This document shows positions 25,589 to 40,120 of a stretch of DNA of 64,000 nucleotides, piece by piece. The DNA is from Dendrobates tinctorius. Lineage: Eukaryota. The notes under the pieces are model-generated. The model did not search any database, was not told the origin of the DNA, and saw only the letters and a list, made by a program, of their open reading frames with translations. Both the position numbers and the translations under genes were made by a program. The stretch's first letter is position 1. Each line of letters starts with the position of its first letter. The DNA lies in NCBI RefSeq assembly GCF_039654945.1, contig NW_027361708.1:6138001-6202000 (forward strand). The letters are read 5' to 3'.

Positions 25589-26538
25589 GGCTGCGTTCAC
25601 ACGTTCAGGTTTTTTTGCGCTTTTGCGGCTGTTTTAACCACGCGATTTTGCCGCGAAAACGCAAAAAAAAGCATCCCATGCAATCCTATGGTACAGTATT
25701 CCGCAATGCTGTGCTAATGCTGCGGATTTTCTCGCAGCAGAATCGCATCACGGAAAAATCCGCAGCATGCTTATTAATTTGCGAAATCATGGCAATTCCG
25801 CACACATAAGAATGCATTGTTCTGCTTACTTTCCGCATGATGCTGCGCCCACCATGCGAAAAGTAAGCAGAACATTTGCGGATGGTACCCACGATTCGGA
25901 GGAGAGAAGACTGTCCTCCGGGCTCTGGGTACCATATACCTGTAAAAAATAGAATTAAAATAAAAAAATCGGGTTATATTCACATTCCGACGTACTGCGC
26001 CGCGTCCCCAGGCTTCAGCGATACACGCGGCAGCTCCCGTTCCCAGTAATGCATTGCGATGACCTTTGCTGACGTCACTACTCGCGATGTTGTAGCGGAC
26101 TCGCGAGACCGCGATGTCATCAAAGGTCATTGCCGCAATGCATCACTGGGAACGGGACCTGTCGGAGCATCACGGAGGCCTGGGGACGCTACGCGGGACG
26201 TCAGAAGGTGAATATAACCCGATTTTTTATTTTTTAATTATTTTTAACATTAGGTCCTTTTACTACTGATGCCGCATAGGCAGCCTCAATAGTAAAAAGT
26301 TGGTCACACTCGTCAAACACTATGTTTGACGAGTGTGACCAACTTGTCAATCAGTTCTCCAAGCGATGCTACAGATCGCTTGGAAAACGCTAGCATTCTG
26401 CAAGCTAATTACGCTTGTAAAATGCTTTTTTTTTCACGGGAAAATCGCGGGAATTTAAAATGCGATTTTCCCTCGGAATGGAATTCCAAAATTCTTGCGG
26501 TAACTTCCGCGGGAATTCCGCTACGTGTGAACCCAGCC
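25589..26538. mobile_element. PIF/Harbinger-type MITE with internal hairpins
   Basis: GGCTGCGTTCACACGT..ACGTGTGAACCCAGCC ends with TTT/TTA flanks. Internal inverted repeats at 25960-26230. Confidence 0.75.
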
Positions 26539-26930
26539 TTAGGCCTTTTTTACAGGAATTTAGTAAGCTATAGGTAAGTTCCCAATCCCTTCTACACAGC
26601 ACAAAAATAGCTTTTAAAATCCTTGCATATGGCAAGGTGTAGTCTGATGGATGTCTCTGGTCTTCCTTTGGTGCCTCCTCTATCCTTATCAATGCCATCT
26701 TCCAGCCCTGATTAATGTGGATGATGCCTTTTCTCCCTATGTTTACTCAATAACCCAAGCAGTTTACTTTTTGCACTATTTTTGAACTTTATTCACTACT
26801 GTATTTCTGTATAGCACATAGGATTAGTAGTCATGTAACCTTTCAGGTATTTTTCTCATTATAAGGATAGGGTGTTGTTTATATGATATGACTATTTTTG
26901 ACCTACTAAATATAACCATACCTATATGTA

Positions 26931-27412
26931 CCATATTTTTCAGATTATAAGTTGCACTTTTTACCCCCAAATTTGTGTGAAAATGGGGGTGCATCTTATA
27001 ATGCGGATATACCTTACCGGCTGTGGTTTGAGCAGGGTCTCAGGGTGGCTGCTGGAGGAGGCAAGAGTGGTGCATTGTTGCATGCTGCAGGCTGGGATGA
27101 GGGGGTGTTCCGATGTGGGCCGCTGTGGATGAAAATGGCAGCGGGGGGGCTCCGCCAGCATTTTGTGAAAGCCTGCAGCCATTTTCACTCGCAGCGGAAC
27201 ACCCCCTCATCCCAGCCTGCGGCATGCAGCATTGCTCCACTCTTGCCTCCTCCCGCAGTAACCCTAGGACCCCACTTCACCGCAGCCACCACCCCCGGTA
27301 AGCAATAAGATGCATGGAGTATAAGAGGCACCACCATTTTATTAAAAAAAGTTTTTTTTTCCAATTTTTGTCCTCAAAATTTGGAGTGCGTCTTATAATC
27401 TGCAAAATAAGG
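26931..27412. mobile_element. Tc2/pogo-like MITE
   Basis: TA-CC(A)TATTTT..AAAATAAGG-TA ends; internal inverted repeat at ~27020-27290. Confidence 0.65.
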
Positions 27413-28297
27413 TATTTGATATTTGTGGGGGTGCTTTGAGTCCTTTTAAACTTATTAATAAAATATTATTTTTAAGGGTCTTTTTTCTCTGGTTTTCCAT
27501 ATGATCATAAGGCCTTAAAGAGAACCTATCAAGAGATGCTCCATTATTAAATGAATGCCACTGGCCATTACAGCCAAGATCATCCTTACAACTGTGACTG
27601 CCGCAGCACCGTCAAGATGAGTTTTGGAGAGTGACTGTCTGTCATGTTTTAACCCAACCTTCTCTCTGGTAGTAAAGTTGCTAATTTCTGCAGGGGCTCA
27701 TATGGAAAAGTATTTACAAGCCATGTAATACCACAACATTAATTTAATAACAAAACATCTGCTGACAGGTTCCCTTTCAGCTGTGTGATCCCCAAGAGCA
27801 ATAAAGATACAGTATCATTAAAGATATGAAGTGAAATATAGTAACCTATATTTTTCTGGGTCAGAGAATGGTCAGTTGTATATCGTGGAAAATATCTCAT
27901 AATATTTTAAGTTCAATACATTGTTAAATAAAATAAATATATGTTTCCAATGGAACATTGGAATAATGCTGCAACAAAATGTAAACCTATCCCCAGGAAT
28001 GTTTGCATTGGAGACTGTAATTATTTAATAGCTGTTTTACCTAGGAAAAACAATGTGGTCTTTATGGGTATTTCAATCATTCAGGTTATCTCCTAACATT
28101 ACGTTTGCAGCAGCAGGAAAACAATCTTAGATTGTCAATTGCTCCTAGAATTATAGGCTATAAAGACATCCACTACAAATGTCCTTTTTTGTACCTCAGT
28201 ATTGTTTCTATACAATAGCTGCACACTGGAAGCTAAACTAAGTCTATATTCTATAATTAGTATATTGGACTGTATAGTGTACTATGCGATATATTAA

Positions 28298-28631
28298 AGG
28301 GGTTGTGTGCTGTGAGGATTCTCCGGTAGCGGCACTGGAAGCAACGGGTACGTGATTGAAAGTATGTGAATTGCATACTGTACATGTTGTCACATACCAG
28401 TAAGACATGTGTAGCCTCACTCAATGCAAGTGAATTGTGAAGGGCTGACCACGTCTAGTCAGAATCAGGCCGGAAGCAGGCAAATTTCATACTTCCGCTC
28501 ACGAGACCGCCTGCTTTAGCCACCAACACTGGAGAATCCTCACAGCATGCAGTGCACAAGATATGAGCATTCACAAGTCTGCAGTCACATAGAGTGACTG
28601 CAGACTTTTGCCCCAAGGCCGGACAACACCT
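28298..28631. mobile_element. TTAA-flanked palindromic MITE (T2/Kolobok type)
   Basis: TTAA-AGGGGTTGT..ACAACACCT-TTAA with inverted halves. Confidence 0.7.
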
Positions 28632-29011
28632 TTAAATGCAGGTGAGTTAGAGGGAAGGATGACAACATATTAAAGAAGAAAGCTTTAGCAAATGTTCTAT
28701 CAATTCATTTTAGAGTTGAGCAAAAATATTCTCTATTGCCCTTGTTCAGTGTTTAGTTAGTTACAGAGGAGTTACAGGGGAAGTAGACATTGTATTAAAG
28801 CACAAAGCTTCATCAAAATGCTATCAATTCACACAGCCTTGATCTGTCATTGAGTCCGGGCCTCCAGGGCAGCACATTCAGGGCAATCTTTACTTCCGCA
28901 TCTATAAATTTTGGCCTTTGTGCTTTCTAGGTCCTATGACATTGCAGAGCTAAGTAAGTGCAAGAGGCATTCCTAGACTAACTGCCATGGAGGACTACAC
29001 TGAACATGTTA

Positions 29012-29406
29012 AGGTACCGTTACATTTAGCGATGCACCAGCGATCCCGACAACGATACGACCCAGTCAGGATCGCTGGTGCATCGCTAAATGGTCGCCAG
29101 TGAGCTGCCAAACAGGCAGAACTCACCAGCAACGTAGCAGCGGTCTGCGGTTGTTACTTACCTGTCAGACGGCAGCTCTGATGAAGACTTCCTCCCGCGT
29201 CCATGAGTCGCTCGTCGGCGCCAGCAGGAAGCTGACGACGAGAAATGGACCAGGACGATCTCATGCGATCAGCGATATCCAGTGGGGAGACGGGTCGGAG
29301 GTAAGTGTCACATTTAGCGATATCGCTAGCGATATCGCTGCTGCATCACAAAATCGGTGACGATTTAGCGATATCGCTAGCGATCTCACTATGTGTGAAG
29401 GGGGCT
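29012..29406. mobile_element. Harbinger-like MITE
   Basis: TTA flanks at 29009-11 and 29407-09. CpG-rich with repeated GCGATATCGCTAGCGAT palindromes. Confidence 0.65.
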
Positions 29407-29736
29407 TTACCTGGCAGAAGGAATTTTTGGCCCAACTCAATTATTTATTTTAAGATTCCATCATTTTTAAATCTATAGTATTAGTACTATTATTATTAGA
29501 AGTAGTACGAATAGTAGTAGTATCAATAAATTAGTAGTAATTATACATAAAATAGTGTTATTCTTTATTCATAAACTTCCAATATATTGAAAAAAGTGGC
29601 ATCTTATAGTTTGTGCATCCCTGGTCAAAATTAATGCTATTGTGAACAGTTAAGCAAATTGACGATTAAATGATCTCTAAGAGGCTTAAAGTTAAACATG
29701 ACACATTTCCATTGTATTTTCGGCAAAAAAAATAAT

Positions 29737-29789
<53 letters not shown>

Positions 29790-31095
29790 TGTATATACAG
29801 TGGCTCTTTAGTCACAAGCCATCAAACAAAGAAGAACTGCTAAATTTTTGCACCAGAAGCAGTGTGAAAGACTCGTGGCAAGCATGCCAAGAAGCATGAA
29901 AGCTGTTTTTAAAAATCATGGTTATTCCACAATGTATTGATTTCAGAACTCTTCCTGAGTTAAAACATTAGTATTGTTGTTTCTAAATGATTATTAACTT
30001 GTTTTCTTTGTATTATTTGAGGTCTAAAAGTTTAAGGGAGGGCCAGGATCATAGTCGTGACCTGTACTCTGGTGGCAGCTGCGCCCAGCCCTTCCCCCCT
30101 ACATGAAACAATACTATGCTCCTCGGCATACCTGTATCTCCAGTCCCATCTTCACCCAAGCACTTCCCAGGCCATAACAGTCCCTCTTCCAGGCAAGTCA
30201 CATCAAGACACAGCCCGAGACAACTTTAACATTTTCTTTACTCAGGATTTCACACTTTACTTCCATAGTTGGTATATTATCACATTTGCTTGCATCCTGA
30301 TCTTTCCCTTGCTTGCTGTCACTTCCGTGCAGTACATGCCCGGACCAGACCATACTAGACTGCTTCCCAGTTCCTTCCAGGCTTGACCTCACTACAATGA
30401 CATTTCCTTCAGCCTGTTTTGCCCCAGTACTGAATTAATCAATAACCATGCTTGGTGACCCCCAGTGAAGCATCCAGCCCATCTGTACCGATCTCGTTGA
30501 AGTGCCAACTCCTTTCATCTCTTTAGTCCAGCCAACTTCTGCCCTAAAAGCATTGGCCCAGGCAGTAAGATGCCACATTTTCCTATTCCTGTTCTGACCC
30601 ACTGCTAAGACCTGCAGTGGCCATGGGTAACATGGGCAATAACGGCTTAAATTTACATGACTGCCAAGCTGCCCGGGCTTAAAGCCCATGTGGACTCTTG
30701 GGTGCCCTGACCCCTTCTGACTTAACTTTCTACAAGCTTCCCTCTTACTAACTGGCAGCCCCTCCTAAAATTAACCCTCTATGAACCTCCTACCTGGCCC
30801 CACTAGTATACCCTAACTTAGTGGCCTGCAACATAATTACAACAGCCCAGTCTATGGGGAAACTATAAACTAAGAGTGCCCTCCTCTAATGTTCCAAGAA
30901 ATGATGCACTAGCTTTCCCTTGCTATACATATACAAATGGCATACAAAATATAAGAACATGAAGCAATATATACACTTGTCATACAATGGTAACACATTC
31001 AAGTGGCAGTATTATAAATAATGGGCAGTAATACATAATTATTCATGTAGCAGTACCGTAGGCAATAATTATAAAAACATGTTTGTAAACGTTAA

Positions 31096-33569
31096 CCCCT
31101 AAACAACTGTCGATACGTCTTTTAACGGCGGTAGTTAAGGATAATTAAACCACAGTGCCACAAATCCACGGCACTGTGGAGAAAGTAAATAGCACCTCCA
31201 GCGTTGGATTTTCTCTGGGCTCTCAGCTGCCGGGGGTAGCCGAGACCCCAGAGAACATGATTCAGGTCGGTTTTTACCGACCCCGCTTTTGCAATCGCCG
31301 TTATTAAACCTATTAAACCTCGCAAAAAAAGCTGCAATTTTGCATTTAATTTCTCACTCTTCTGATGTGATCGCATATCAGAGGAGAGAGAACTAGGGTC
31401 CCCGATCCCCCCGGTCCTCATGGTCCACGGGCCCTCCTGCCTCCTCCGGTGGGTGCCGTCATCTTGTTCCCAAAAAAAATGGTGGGTGCATGTGCAGTGT
31501 GCCTGCCAGAATCTTCCGGCTGGTAGATGCCATTCATTTTGATCACTGTGATAAACTATCACAGTGATCAAAATAAAAAAATGTAAAAAAAAACGCTGTT
31601 TATCACCACCTTAGCTAGGCAAATATAATAAAATGCAGAAATTGTATTTCTTTCAAATTTTCCGTTAGGGTTAGAATTAGGGTTAGAATTAGGGTTAGGG
31701 TTGGAATTAGGGTTAGGTTTAGACTTAGGGTTACGATTAGGGTTAGGGTTAGAATTGGGGTTAGAATTAAGGTTAGGGTTAGAATTAGGGTTAGGGTTAG
31801 AATTAGGGTTAGGGTTAGAATTAGGGTTAGGGTTAGAATTAGGGTTAAGGTTAGGGATTAGCGTTAGGGTTAGGGTTGGGATTAGGGTTAGGGGTGTGTT
31901 GGGGTTAGGGTGGGAGCAAGAATTGAGGGGTTTCCACTATTTACTAACTTTGGGTCTAATTTCTCCTGTTACCCTTGGGAAAATCAAAAAAAATTGGGGG
32001 CTAAAATAATCACTGTTGTGGAAAAAATGTTTTTCTTATTTTCACGGCTTTGTGTTATAAACTTCTGTGAAGCACTTGGGGGTTCAGAGTGCTCACAACA
32101 CATCTAGATAAGTTCCTTAAGGGGTCCAGTTTTCAAAATGGGGTCACTTGTGGGTTTTTTCACTGTTTAGGCACATCAGGGGCTCTCCAAATGCGACATG
32201 GTTTCCAATTTCAATTGCAAGAGAAAAAAAAAAGTGTTCAGCTCACCCTTTGTACTTCCATGTTGCAATCAAGCACGGGCCACAGCTCTGTCAGGCAGTA
32301 GACAGCATATGAAAAAGATGGTCCAGCTCAAAAGGGACCGTCTTTTCCATATGTCCAATCTCAATGTCTGCCAATTCGGCATTGAAAAAGTCAAACGGTG
32401 CTCCTTCCCTTCTGAGCTCTGCCGTACACCCAAACAATGGTTTACTCCCACATATGGGGTATGGGCATACTCAGGATAAATTGCACAACAACTTTGGGGA
32501 TCTAATTTCTCCTCTTACCCTTGGGAAAATACAAATTTGGGGGCAAAAAGGTCATTTTTGTGGAAAAGAAATTATTTTTTATTTTCACTGCTCTACGTTA
32601 TAAACTTCTGTGAAGCATTTGGAGGTTCAAAGTGCTCACCACACATCTAGATAAGTTCCTTAAGGGGTCTAGTTTCCAAAATGGGTCACTTGTTGGGGGT
32701 TTCCACTGTTTAGGCACATCAGGGGGTCTCCGAACACAACATGGCTTCCAATCTCAATTCCAGCCAATTCTCAATTCTTTTTCTTTGAAAAAGTAAAACG
32801 GCGCTTCTTCCCTTGAGAGCTCTGCTGTGTGCCCAAAAAATGGTCTACTCCCACATATGGGGTATTGGCGTATTCAGGAGAGATTGCACAACAGATTTTG
32901 TGGTTCATTTTTTCTTTTAACACTTGTGAAAATAAAAAAAATTGGTTCTGAAGTAAATTTTTTGCTTAAAAAAGTTAAATGTTAAGTTTTTCCTTCCACA
33001 TTGCTTCAGTTTCTGTGAAGCACGTAAAGAGTTAATAAACTTCTTGAATGTAATCTTGAACACCTTGAGGGGTCTAGTTTTTAGAATGGTGTCACTTTTG
33101 GGTATTTTCTGTCATGTACACCCCTCAAAATGACTTTAAATATGATGTGGTCCCAAAACAAAATGTTTTTTTAAATTTTGTTGTAAAAATGAGAAATCGC
33201 TGGTCAACTTTTAACCCCTATAACTTCCTAAAGAAAAAAAAATTGTTTTCAAAATTGTGCTGATGTAACGTAGGCATGTGGGAAATGTTATTTATTAAGA
33301 AATTTGCCTGACATATCTCTGATTTAAGGGCACAAAAATTAAATTTTCAACATTTTCGCCATATTTCCGTTTTTTTCATAAATAAATGCAAGTCATATCA
33401 ACGAAATTTTACCACTATCATGACGTAAAATATGTCTCGAAAAAACCTTCTCAGAATCAATGGGATCAGTTAAAGCCTTCCAGAGTTATAACCTCATAAA
33501 AGGACAGTGGTCAGAATTGTAAAAATTGGCCTGGTCATTAAGCTGAAAAATGGTTCTGTCACTAAGGGG
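31096..33569. mobile_element. Non-autonomous piggyBac-type element
   Basis: TTAA-CCCCT..AGGGG-TTAA ends, internal direct repeats (~31950-33100) and a telomere-like tract. Confidence 0.88.
31665..31910 (+). repeat. Interstitial telomere-like array (TTAGGG interspersed with TTAGAA)
   Basis: Directly visible hexamers. Confidence 0.92.
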
Positions 33570-35061
33570 TTAAAGACAGGCAACAAACAGAGGGAAGGTA
33601 GGTATAAGAGACATCATACCCCACTCACTTACAAAAGCACTATTTTTTTTTAATTTTGACCATTTTTCTTTGTCAGAAAAAAAAATACAATATTTTTTGC
33701 TTGTAAATTCGGAGACGTTGTCTGAAGTTTATAGACTAAAAGAACAATTTACATTTTACTCAAAAATATACCTATAAAGAGAAAATTCAGACAAACTGAA
33801 CATTTTTGAAGTGGTCTCTTAATTTTTGCAAGAGCTGTATATATACTGTATGTATTCATCTTTTACATTTTAAAAATTACAAAAAGGAAAGTGGGCAGAT
33901 ACAAAAGTTAGTACCTAGTAAACTGGTAAACTCCTTTTAGCAGCCAGGCAACAGTCTTTCAATTCTTGCTTGAGCGATTTTCATCCATTCTTGCTTAGGA
34001 AATTTTTCCAGTTCTGTGAGATTCCTTGGTCATCTTGCAGGCACTGCCATTTTAAAAGTCGAGCCACAATAATGTTCAAATCAGGGGACTGTGAAGGCCA
34101 TTGTAAAACCTTCAGCTTGTACCTTTTGAAGTAGTCTATTGTGGATTATGACGTCTGTTTAGGATCATTCATTATCCATTGTAGCAGCCATTCTCTTTTC
34201 AACTTCAGCTTTATTACAGATGTCTTATGTTTGCATTAAGAATTTGTTGAAATTTCATTGAATCCACTCTTCCCTCTACTCATGAAATGTTCCCTGTGCC
34301 ATTGGCTGCAACACAACCCCAATGCATGATTGACCGACTCCCATGCTTAATTGTTGACGTGATGTTCTTTTCCCGAAATTCAGTGCCTTTTTTTCTCCAC
34401 ACATTCCTTTAATCATTATGGCCAAAGAGTTTTATTTTAACCTCATCAGTCCACATGACTTGTTTCCAAAATGCATCAGCCTTGCTTAGAAGTTCTTTTG
34501 TGTACTTCTGAAACTAAATTTTATGGTGAGGACGCAGGAGAGGTTTTCTTCAGATGACTCTTCCATGAAGGCCATATTTGTGCGGGTAGAACAATGTACC
34601 ACAACCCCATAGTCTGCTATCTTTTTCTGAAGGTCTTTTGCAGTTAAGCGTGGGGTTCTGATTTGCCTCTCTAGCAATCCTATGAGCAGCTCTCACTAAA
34701 ATTAAACTAAGGAAAGGGCAACTTAAAATGCTTTGTTATCGTATAGCTTTCTCCTGCTTTGTCAGCCTCCACCATTCTTATTTTCAGAGTGCTAGGCAGC
34801 TGCTTAGAAGAACCCATTGCTGCTGTTTTTTGGCACAAGGTTAGAGGGGGCTGGGTTTTTATAAACCTGGTAAATTTGCATCATATGGCCTTTCAAAATG
34901 ATGATAGTGAACAAGCCATAAACCTAACATGCTAAATAAGGTCTGAATCCTTTGTGAAAGTTATCTGAGCACACAAATCTCCATGGGTGCCCAAACTCTT
35001 GCATCAGCCCATTTTCCTTTTTGTAATTTTGAAAGAATGAAGAAAAAAACTAATTTATATA

Positions 35062-35841
35062 CAGTATTTTTACGACTATAAGACGCACCGGAACAGAAGA
35101 CGCACCCGAAATTTTCAGAAGGAACATAGGGAAAAAAATGTAATGCGTCACATGGCGGTCTGTCTTAGTCTGAATTCAGCTTACTGGGGGAGATCAGTAG
35201 CGCTGGTGGAGCATGGTCACAGGTGGTGTTCGGTGGTCTAGCGATGATGTGACTTCCATCCCAGACTGATGTGGCAGGTTCTGTGGTGCTTGTTTTGCCG
35301 GTGCTCCACTGACATTTTCTGAAAGCCCGGAGCCTCTGCACATCCATTGCTGTGAAGCAGTGGCCTCCGGGAAATCCCATCCCAGGCTGGTGCAACAGGT
35401 TCGTCAGTGCTCAGAGGTGCGGGGCTCTGCCAATATTTTCTGAAAGTTAGTAGCCCCACACATCCCTACTGCTATGATACGTGGCCTCTGGGAAAATGGC
35501 CTCCATGAAAAAGGCCACTGGGTCAGCGCATGCGCAGATTGAGATCTCGGTAACATCCCGGCAGCCATTTTCCCGGAGGCCACCACATCGCAGCAGTGAG
35601 GATGTGCAGGGCTTTCATAAAACGTCAGCCGAGCCCCACACCACTGTGGAATGCCGAATACTGCTGCACCAGCCTTGGAAGGGAGTCTGATCATCGCCCT
35701 GCAGCATTGGACCGCCGCAGAATCGCCCGACTCCTGCTGCCGCCACACTACTTGTAAGTCTTTTCCGTCTATAAGATGCACCCCCATTTTCCCCAAAAAA
35801 TTTTTGGGAAAAAAGTGGATCTTAGAGTCTAAAAAATACGG
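35062..35841. mobile_element. Tc2/pogo-like MITE
   Basis: TA-C(A)GTATTTTT..AAAAAATACGG-TA ends, repeated taagacgcacc subterminal motifs, and an internal palindrome. Confidence 0.72.
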
Positions 35842-38548
35842 TAATTATAAAAAAAATGAAATTGGCACTCCATCAAGAGTTTAGGAGAAACTGTGATTTA
35901 ATAGCACATTGGGGCTCAGCAACATTTTGGTTCTGTTGAGAATCTTTACAATAACAGTAATTTTGACAAGGGGTGCCTAAACTTTTACATAGATATTACA
36001 CTATATATTCAGCATATACAATGAATATTGAAACAGATGATGAAATGCAAACAAACCATGAAAAAATGTGTCCAGGGACCTGATGACTGAGGAAAAATAG
36101 GCTTAATCAATTGTAGTTCCAATTTAAAAGAATTTAATTTAAAGCAATATTTGGCAAAAGCTTTTGATAGCAGGTTTAAAGGGAATTTATGAGACTAGAA
36201 AAACATGACTCCCTACTGCTTCCTGCCAGGTAAAAGGGATGTACGATTAAATGCAGCTCTACATTCTATCATGGTTATTGTAATGGGGCTTGTCCTTTAT
36301 TCTGTATCATCATTACTTGTGTTATTCCTCTGCTGCATCATCATCGCAGCATCCTTGTACGGTGTAATTTTTAAAAAAAATTTTTTACTTTTTATTACAG
36401 CTTACTCAGAAATTATGATAGATTTTGTGTTTGCATATATATTGGTCTCTACAGAGTGCTGCTGTGTTCCTCCTTTTTGCAAGTTATGGTTCCATTAATA
36501 TGTTGTCCCATGCAGTGATGTCACTCTTCCAGAACTAAAGGAAACGATCCACTTAGTGGAGTTGGCCACAATATAAATCAGTGTCCAACCTTTCAGCATG
36601 ATCAGGGATGGCTAATATCTCCGATTATGTTGCAAGGTTCGTTAAGTTTGATAACATTGACTTATAGTGTAGCTCTCTCCACTTGGAGGTTTTTTGCTTG
36701 GTTCTAGTAAATAGCTGTATATATTGCATTAGTTACCGTGACAGAGTGTTACGTTATTAGTGTACTGTCTATGTTATTTGTGTAGCTTGACCATACACAT
36801 TCATTTTGTATCAGCAACTACATCTGTTAGCTGTAATATGCATTGAATAAATTGGAAGAACTCTTGGCAATTATGGTCGGAGAACCAGAAAATATGTCCC
36901 TAATGATTCCAACAAGCTATAACTGTCATGTCTATTAGATCTAAAGATTTTTCAAAGACAGGACAAACGACAGATGAAAAAAAATTCAAGACTAGAAAAT
37001 AATTGTTTTAGTTGTTTTTTTAGTTGCATTCTTCAGCATGCAGAAGAAATACCAAATCTCTGCAGAAAGAAAACTGTGCGCTCGGTGAGCCTACAAGATA
37101 TTTTATCCGGTCTTAAAAATAAACCGTCATTTTGCATTTTATCACTTTGATATGGCTGAGAGGATTTTAGAACCATGTGGTACAAGGGAAGAAGCTATGT
37201 CACAAGGAGGCAATTTTTATGTGACATGCAAAAACATTTCATCGCACAGGCAAAAGATTACTTTGAAATATCTAATTTTATAATCAGAAAATCACATTAG
37301 CGCAGAAAAAGTCCATCTAAAGGAGAACACAGATAAAACATAGTTAATCATAACTAAATATGATATAAAATGTGCACTTTTTCCACTTTTTGTATTCTCC
37401 ATAATATATTTGGACCCTCAGCTTTATGTTAAAGGTTTTAATTCTAGATGTAAAATGCTGCTTAAAAATTTGTGAGCCCTTCAGAATTTTACATATTTCT
37501 GCATAAAGTTGGCTGACAACTTCAGTACTGTGCAAATGGTTTAGGCAGGTGCTGAAAAAACTAATAGTTCATAGTTTAATGAAGTGAATGAAACCAAAGT
37601 CAATGAACAAAAGAGAAATCTAAAGTAAACCAAATATTTGGTTTGACACCCCCCCTTTGTATTCACATCAACATTATTTCTTCAAGTTACAATTACGCAC
37701 CTTTTTTTAGTCTAAGAAAAATAAGGAGTCTGGAAGTGATGATATGGCCCAACAGAACACGAATCTCAACATCATATTGACTCTGTGATTTCATGAAAAG
37801 ATAAAAAGATTTATTCAAGCAACATCCACAGAATATATGTGGTTGTTCTCCAAGCTGTTTGGAACAACCTCCCTGCTGTGGTCCTTCAAACACTGTGTGC
37901 AAGTGTAATTAGAAGAATTGATGCTCTGAATATGTTTTAAAGTCAAAAGGAGGTCACACCAAATATTAATGTGATTTTGTGTTCTCTTTTTTACATTCAC
38001 TTTGCATTTTGCTAATTGGTAAATGTCATAGAGAAAAATTAAAATCCATGAGACATCTCCAAAGAGGAGACATATCACCATCCCATTGAACATATGGGAT
38101 TAATCATAATGGAGAAAGTGAGAGAGAACTAACACTTCAACCTCCATTGAAATATGACAAAGTATGACTCCATATTCAATATTTGCGATTAATTATAGGT
38201 GGGGAAGAGAGAAACTAATTATAACTAGTGAAGTGAGAGAGCTGAAACTTTCACCTCCATTGAAGCAGGGGCCTCATGCAGTGAACAGGTAATGACCACA
38301 GGAAATTTGCTCTAGGGAAAAGGCACCAAGACTGGAATTAGTTTATGCAGAATAGAGGAAGGACACTTTCCAGGGTTAGAGCTTCCTCTAATCAAAGCAC
38401 TATTCTGAAATGTTTTGGAACCAGTGGTCAGTGATGAATGTTGGGGTCTGCAGCCATCCAATAATTATTAGAGATATGTTTTCAGCATCGTAGCAAAGGG
38501 ACCAACATAGTGCATTCACTCAGATCACCGTAAGGCTGACACAACTGT

Positions 38549-39536
38549 TACAAATTAATATTGGTCAGATAGATGATGCTATCCATGCCATTTTTCATCT
38601 CTATAGATAGGTGTGGAGGCAGTGGGTATCTTTGTACGCTTGCCCAAGACAGCATGGACTAGCGCTCATACCACTGAACGCCTGCTTTCCTTTTTCGAGG
38701 GTATAATACTGCTCACACAACACAGGGTAAGTGTAAAACAGTGTGGCAATACTTTATTGAACCAACAACAGGCAATAACATACAGCACAGTCCCAACAAA
38801 TACGCAACATGAGGCAAAATAGTCTCACCTTTCTGCTGGCTCGCTGGAATTAGAGCAGGTGCGGCTTCGAGGCTTCCAAGGCTGACTACCCTCATCAGTG
38901 ACGCCCCATTTTTTGGTGGGCACCCACAGAGAGGAGGTAACAAGCTTTGGAATCTGACAATCCATTGGGGCACGAGGCCAGGTGACTTGATTGTACCAAC
39001 CTGGATTCTCCAAACATCTTTGAGGGTTCAATGATGGTCAATGGAGCAGATCTGTATTTTTCCAGCCAAGGCCATGGTCCCTTAAGCTGATATCCTGTAG
39101 AATTGACAAGGGAACAGAGGCATATCCTCCTTTTATAATTCACAGCTGTCCTTCACACATCATTCACAGGTCAGTGGGGAGGTGATATGAGAATTACTCT
39201 CATTGTTTGAGTATTTAATCATTCTGCATAGTATGTTCTTCATTGTTTGCAGATCAACAAACCCAGCTGGCTTGGTAAAATGTGTAATCAAAATATTAAC
39301 AAATATCTGTTGTTCAATTACTCTATGTCCCGATCCCTCAAAGATAGCATACAATGCCCCAAACAGCAAGTCAAAAAGTTATTATCTAGGCTCATACAAA
39401 CAATAGTGTGTGTTTCTTGACCAACCAAAGAAAAACACAAATTCAATAGTCAACATAAAGTTAATAGCCTATGTCTCCTGATAGACTGAAAATAGATGTC
39501 TGGATAATTAAGAGTAAATGCTGTGTTGTCACAACA
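38549..39536. mobile_element. Possible solo LTR remnant
   Basis: TGTTAC..ACAACA-like ends and minus-strand AATAAA at ~38753. No TSD confirmed. Confidence 0.3.
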
Positions 39537-40120
39537 GGTAAAGTTGTGATAAGAAACATGGAGACAACATCTAGCATCTGGGACATCTAGGAGTAAAGAT
39601 ATCCTGCAAATTGAGGATCTTATGAAATTCTAACAAATCAAGCACGTTCCACAACCAGCCCCCACATGAGCTCACCAAGGAGAATTTTATGTGTGTAACC
39701 TTGATCTAATAAAAAACACAGTTTGAGTTTCTGTCATATGTCAGTCCTGGAAGGTATAACTTGCTGTGGTTCTGTCCGTTTTCCTAAGGAATATCCTCCT
39801 CCACTAAGCTCTCAGTTATTTCCATGACACAGGTTTAGTAAGTTTCTTTTAAGTATATGTATATACCAAATTGCTTTGTTTCCTTTTTGTATCATCTTTG
39901 TATTTTTTTTTATAAAAAATGCCTATCTTTCCGTATTAAATATATAAAATTTAATAGCTGTATTCCTCTTGGCTCTGAAAACACACACCCCTGAAGCCAT
40001 ACACTATCTGTAACATGTTTATTCCGCCTGTATAAATGATTGGTGATGGCAGTTATTAGTTCTTTTTGTCATTGTGGAGCTGGCAGTTATTGTACCAGGG
40101 TGTGTGTCTGTATATATATA

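Larger units (their letters stand above)
30031..33633. mobile_element. Solo LTR (~1.1 kb) split by a piggyBac-type insertion
   Basis: T(T)TAAG..CTTACA termini and 4-bp TSD AAAG (30027-30, 33634-37). Confidence 0.7.
29798..33837 (+). mobile_element. Internally deleted Tc1-like element inserted in a (TA)n tract
   Basis: TA-CAG..CTG-TA ends. Transposase C-terminal remnant (agcatgccaagaagcatgaaagctgtt) at 29880-29935. Confidence 0.65.
29605..35995 (-). mobile_element. Degenerate Tc1-like transposon hosting nested insertions
   Basis: Minus-strand transposase remnants at ~33930-34820 (PRLTAKDLQ.., DE..IKLFG-like). Terminal segments near 29605 and 35995; the host sequence is continuous across the 29798-33837 insertion. 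Confidence 0.7.

Noticed and set aside
31701-32009. LGLELGL repetitive ORF, or a true telomere or fusion site
   Set aside because: It is a translation of a degenerate hexamer array internal to a transposon, with no head-to-head arrays.
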